Part shown: one piece after another, positions 61,486-64,000 of the stretch
Layout: every line of letters starts with the position of its first letter
How positions within the stretch are numbered: the first letter of the stretch is position 1
From: Candidatus Hydrogenedentota bacterium
Lineage (GTDB): Bacteria > Hydrogenedentota > Hydrogenedentia > Hydrogenedentales > SLHB01
DNA: 64,000 nucleotides
Reading direction: 5' to 3'
Assembly (NCBI GenBank): GCA_963745075.1
Contig: CAVUWV010000021.1
Span: 96,001 to 160,000 of the forward strand
The notes under the pieces: model-generated
What the model saw: the letters and a program-made list of their open reading frames with translations, nothing else
Databases searched by the model: none
What the model was told of the DNA's origin: nothing
Made by a program: the position numbers and the translations under genes

Positions 61486-62556
61486 ATGACTCATCCCTCG
61501 TCTTCCAGCCGTTCAACACTGCGTCGCCGTCTCCCAGCGGAATGGGAACCACAAGCCGGCATTCAACTTACATGGCCCCATGCGGACAGCGACTGGGCGC
61601 CCGTCTTGGACGCCGCCGAAGCCACGTTCGCGGAAATCGTCCGGCAAGTTACGAAATGGGAACCGGTCCTCCTGGCCGCTTCGGACCGGCAACATTCACG
61701 TTCCGTCTTGCGCGATGCCGGCGTCGACCTCTCGAGCGTTCACACGTACGAGATCCCGTCGGACGACACGTGGGCGCGGGACCACGGCCCCATAACGGTT
61801 TACGAAGACGGGGCGCCCCTGCTCCTCGATTTTACGTTCAATGGGTGGGGCGGGAAGTTCACGGCCGATCGCGACAACCGCGTCACCCGCGCGCTACATG
61901 AGGCCGGAGCGTTCGGGACGACGCCGATTCGCAGCCTCGACGTTGTGCTCGAAGGCGGGTCGATCGATTCCGACGGTGCAGGCACGCTCTTGACCACGTC
62001 ACAATGCCTGTTGACGCCCACCCGCAATCGGGAACTCGATCAAACCCGGATCGAGGCGACGTTGCGCGATGCCTTCGGCGCGGATCGTATTCTGTGGCTC
62101 CACCATGGTTATCTCGCGGGCGATGACACGGACTCGCATGTGGACACGCTGGCACGCTTCTGCAATAAATCAACCATCGCGCATGTGTTTTGTGATGACG
62201 CACAGGACGAACACTTCGAGTCGCTTCGTGCGATGGAAAATGAATTGCAGGCCTTTCGCACGCGGGACGGCGCGCCATACCGCCTCGTGCGCCTGCCGCT
62301 GCCTACACCATGCTATGATGACGAAGGGAATCGTCTTCCCGCAACATACGCGAATTTTCTGATACTCAACGGCGCCGTATTGGTGCCGGCGTACAATGTA
62401 CCGGAAGACGCGATTGCGCGGTCCGTGTTGGCAACGTGCTTTGCCGATCGCGTGGTAATCGGAGTTCCATGTAATACCTTGATCGCACAGCACGGCTCGT
62501 TGCATTGCGTGACGATGCAACTGCCAACGGGAGTGGAATGGTGCCTGAAACCTTGA
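61486..62556 (+). CDS. aguA: Agmatine deiminase family (PPAD fold)
   Basis: PAEWEP, DTWARDHGP, FNGWGGK, LEGGSI, DDTDSHVD, GSLHCVT. Confidence 0.88.
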   Translation: MTHPSSSSRSTLRRRLPAEWEPQAGIQLTWPHADSDWAPVLDAAEATFAEIVRQVTKWEPVLLAASDRQHSRSVLRDAGVDLSSVHTYEIPSDDTWARDHGPITVYEDGAPLLLDFTFNGWGGKFTADRDNRVTRALHEAGAFGTTPIRSLDVVLEGGSIDSDGAGTLLTTSQCLLTPTRNRELDQTRIEATLRDAFGADRILWLHHGYLAGDDTDSHVDTLARFCNKSTIAHVFCDDAQDEHFESLRAMENELQAFRTRDGAPYRLVRLPLPTPCYDDEGNRLPATYANFLILNGAVLVPAYNVPEDAIARSVLATCFADRVVIGVPCNTLIAQHGSLHCVTMQLPTGVEWCLKP

Positions 62557-63428
62557 AGGTTGGCCTTATCCAGCAACGCTGTGTTGCCGACCGGACCGCA
62601 AACCTCGAAAAAACGATCGAAAACATTCGCGAGGCGGCCGCCCAAGCTGCACAGGTCGTCGCGCTTCAGGAATTGCACACCGGCCCCTATTTCTGCCAAA
62701 CGGAAGACACGCAAATCTTCGATTGGGCGGAGCCAATACCCGGCCCGACGACGCAACGATTGGGCGAAGTGGCGAAAGCGTGCAACGTGGTTCTTGTCGC
62801 GTCCCTCTTCGAGCGGCGAACCTCCGGTTTGTATCACAATACCGCAGTCGCCATTGAAAAAGACGGTTCCATTGCAGGTAAGTACCGAAAGATGCACATT
62901 CCGGACGACCCCGGCTACTACGAGAAATTCTATTTCACGCCCGGCGACTTGGGCTTCGTTCCAATTCAAACCTCCGCCGGCCGCGTTGGCTCGCTCATAT
63001 GCTGGGACCAATGGTTCCCCGAAGGCGCCCGCCTGATGGCCATGCGCGGCGCCGAGTTCCTCGTGTACCCCACGGCCATTGGATGGACTCCTTCCGATTC
63101 CCAGGACGAAAAAGACCGCCAACGCGACGCGTGGATCACCATCCAACGCGCCCATGCCGTGGCAAACGGTCTTCCCGTAATCAGTGTCAACCGCGTCGGG
63201 CACGAAGCGGATCCATCGGGTGCTACCGACGGGATCCAATTCTGGGGGTCGAGTTTCGTTGCCGGACCGCAAGGAGAAATCCTCGCACAGGCTTCCGTGA
63301 ACGAAGAAGCAGTACTCGTCACGGAAATCGACCTGAAACGCAGTGAAGACGTTCGCCGTATCTGGCCGTTTCTTCGCGACCGGCGCATCGATGCCTACGA
63401 AGGTCTTGAAGAGCGCTTCCTGGACTAA
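62538..63428 (+). CDS. aguB: N-carbamoylputrescine amidohydrolase (nitrilase superfamily)
   Basis: QELH..PYFCQ, YRKMHIPDDPGYYEKFYF, ICWDQWFPE, YPTAIGW; adjacent to aguA. Confidence 0.88.
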   Translation: MVPETLKVGLIQQRCVADRTANLEKTIENIREAAAQAAQVVALQELHTGPYFCQTEDTQIFDWAEPIPGPTTQRLGEVAKACNVVLVASLFERRTSGLYHNTAVAIEKDGSIAGKYRKMHIPDDPGYYEKFYFTPGDLGFVPIQTSAGRVGSLICWDQWFPEGARLMAMRGAEFLVYPTAIGWTPSDSQDEKDRQRDAWITIQRAHAVANGLPVISVNRVGHEADPSGATDGIQFWGSSFVAGPQGEILAQASVNEEAVLVTEIDLKRSEDVRRIWPFLRDRRIDAYEGLEERFLD

Positions 63429-63576
63429 ACCCACCCGCTTCGCCATGCATCGATCGTTCGAACTGTCCTTCAAAACATGCATGTGAGATACATCGTTATG
63501 AACTTTGATCTCAAATGTAGATTGGGTGCCCAGGGAAGGTGCTGCAATGTTCTGTACTCGATAAGGGGATCCTCAC

Positions 63577-64000
63577 ATGCGTAGATTTAGTCTCTTGCCG
63601 ATTCTGTTTCTCACCTTGTCCATTTTTCTTCTCTTGTCCGGTTGCCCATCCAGCACCCCACCACCGGGAAAAGGCAGCGTGGTCGTGCTCGGTTACAACG
63701 ATCTCGGCATGCACTGCATGAACGAAGACTTCTCAGAACTGATGATTTTGCCACCGTACAACAATTTACATGCACAGGTGATCGAACGCCGTGGTGAAGA
63801 ACCGCGGATTCTGCAAAGCGGAATTACCGTCAGCTATACGATTCCCGGGAACACGACCTCCTCGAACAAAACGAACTTTTGGGACTACGCCTACGATCTG
63901 TTCGGCGTCAATCTGGCGCCGGATGTTGGACTGGCCGGGAATGGGCTGTCCGGCACGATGGTGCCGACCGGCGACAACGATTGGATCGCGGAGGGCATCC
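63577..64000 (+). CDS. Lipoprotein, N-terminus resembles that of some multiheme cytochromes c (3' truncated)
   Basis: MRRFSLLPILFLTLSIFLLLSG-C lipobox; LGYNDLGMHCMN..FS...ILPPYNNLHAQVI; no CxxCH inside the window; absent from the ORF track because it runs off the end. Confidence 0.6.
   Translation, partial: MRRFSLLPILFLTLSIFLLLSGCPSSTPPPGKGSVVVLGYNDLGMHCMNEDFSELMILPPYNNLHAQVIERRGEEPRILQSGITVSYTIPGNTTSSNKTNFWDYAYDLFGVNLAPDVGLAGNGLSGTMVPTGDNDWIAEGI

Overview
GC-rich bacterial chromosomal window of about 55 genes. The EGE/(EA)n linker, the GCP-type lipoprotein and the gene content suggest Candidatus Hydrogenedentes or a similar lineage (inference, not tested). Main contents, left to right: (1) a short leuA lacking its regulatory domain, preceded by a complete leucine attenuator; (2) an intact IS1182/IS5-like element with 16-bp TIRs and a CTAG duplication; (3) an accessory three-gene locus encoding a secreted TPR-like protein, a 1327-aa InlB-repeat surface protein ending in a split lysozyme/lytic-transglycosylase-like domain, and a secreted immunity-like protein; (4) a ~960-nt structured intergenic region ahead of a pilMNOPQ operon with an unusually long secretin; (5) a 10-gene RDD/zinc-finger/DUF4129/DUF4350/MoxR/DUF58/SpoIIM membrane cluster; (6) pdxJ, a STAS protein plus Hanks kinase, GT-C glycosyltransferases, an orphan minimal flagellin with a sigma28-like promoter, valS, HU and aguAB. 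Four single-base homopolymer frameshifts (pilO, a hypothetical gene, valS, HU) most likely reflect assembly indel errors. No rRNA, tRNA or CRISPR array was seen. Family calls come from motif recognition by eye; no database searches were run.
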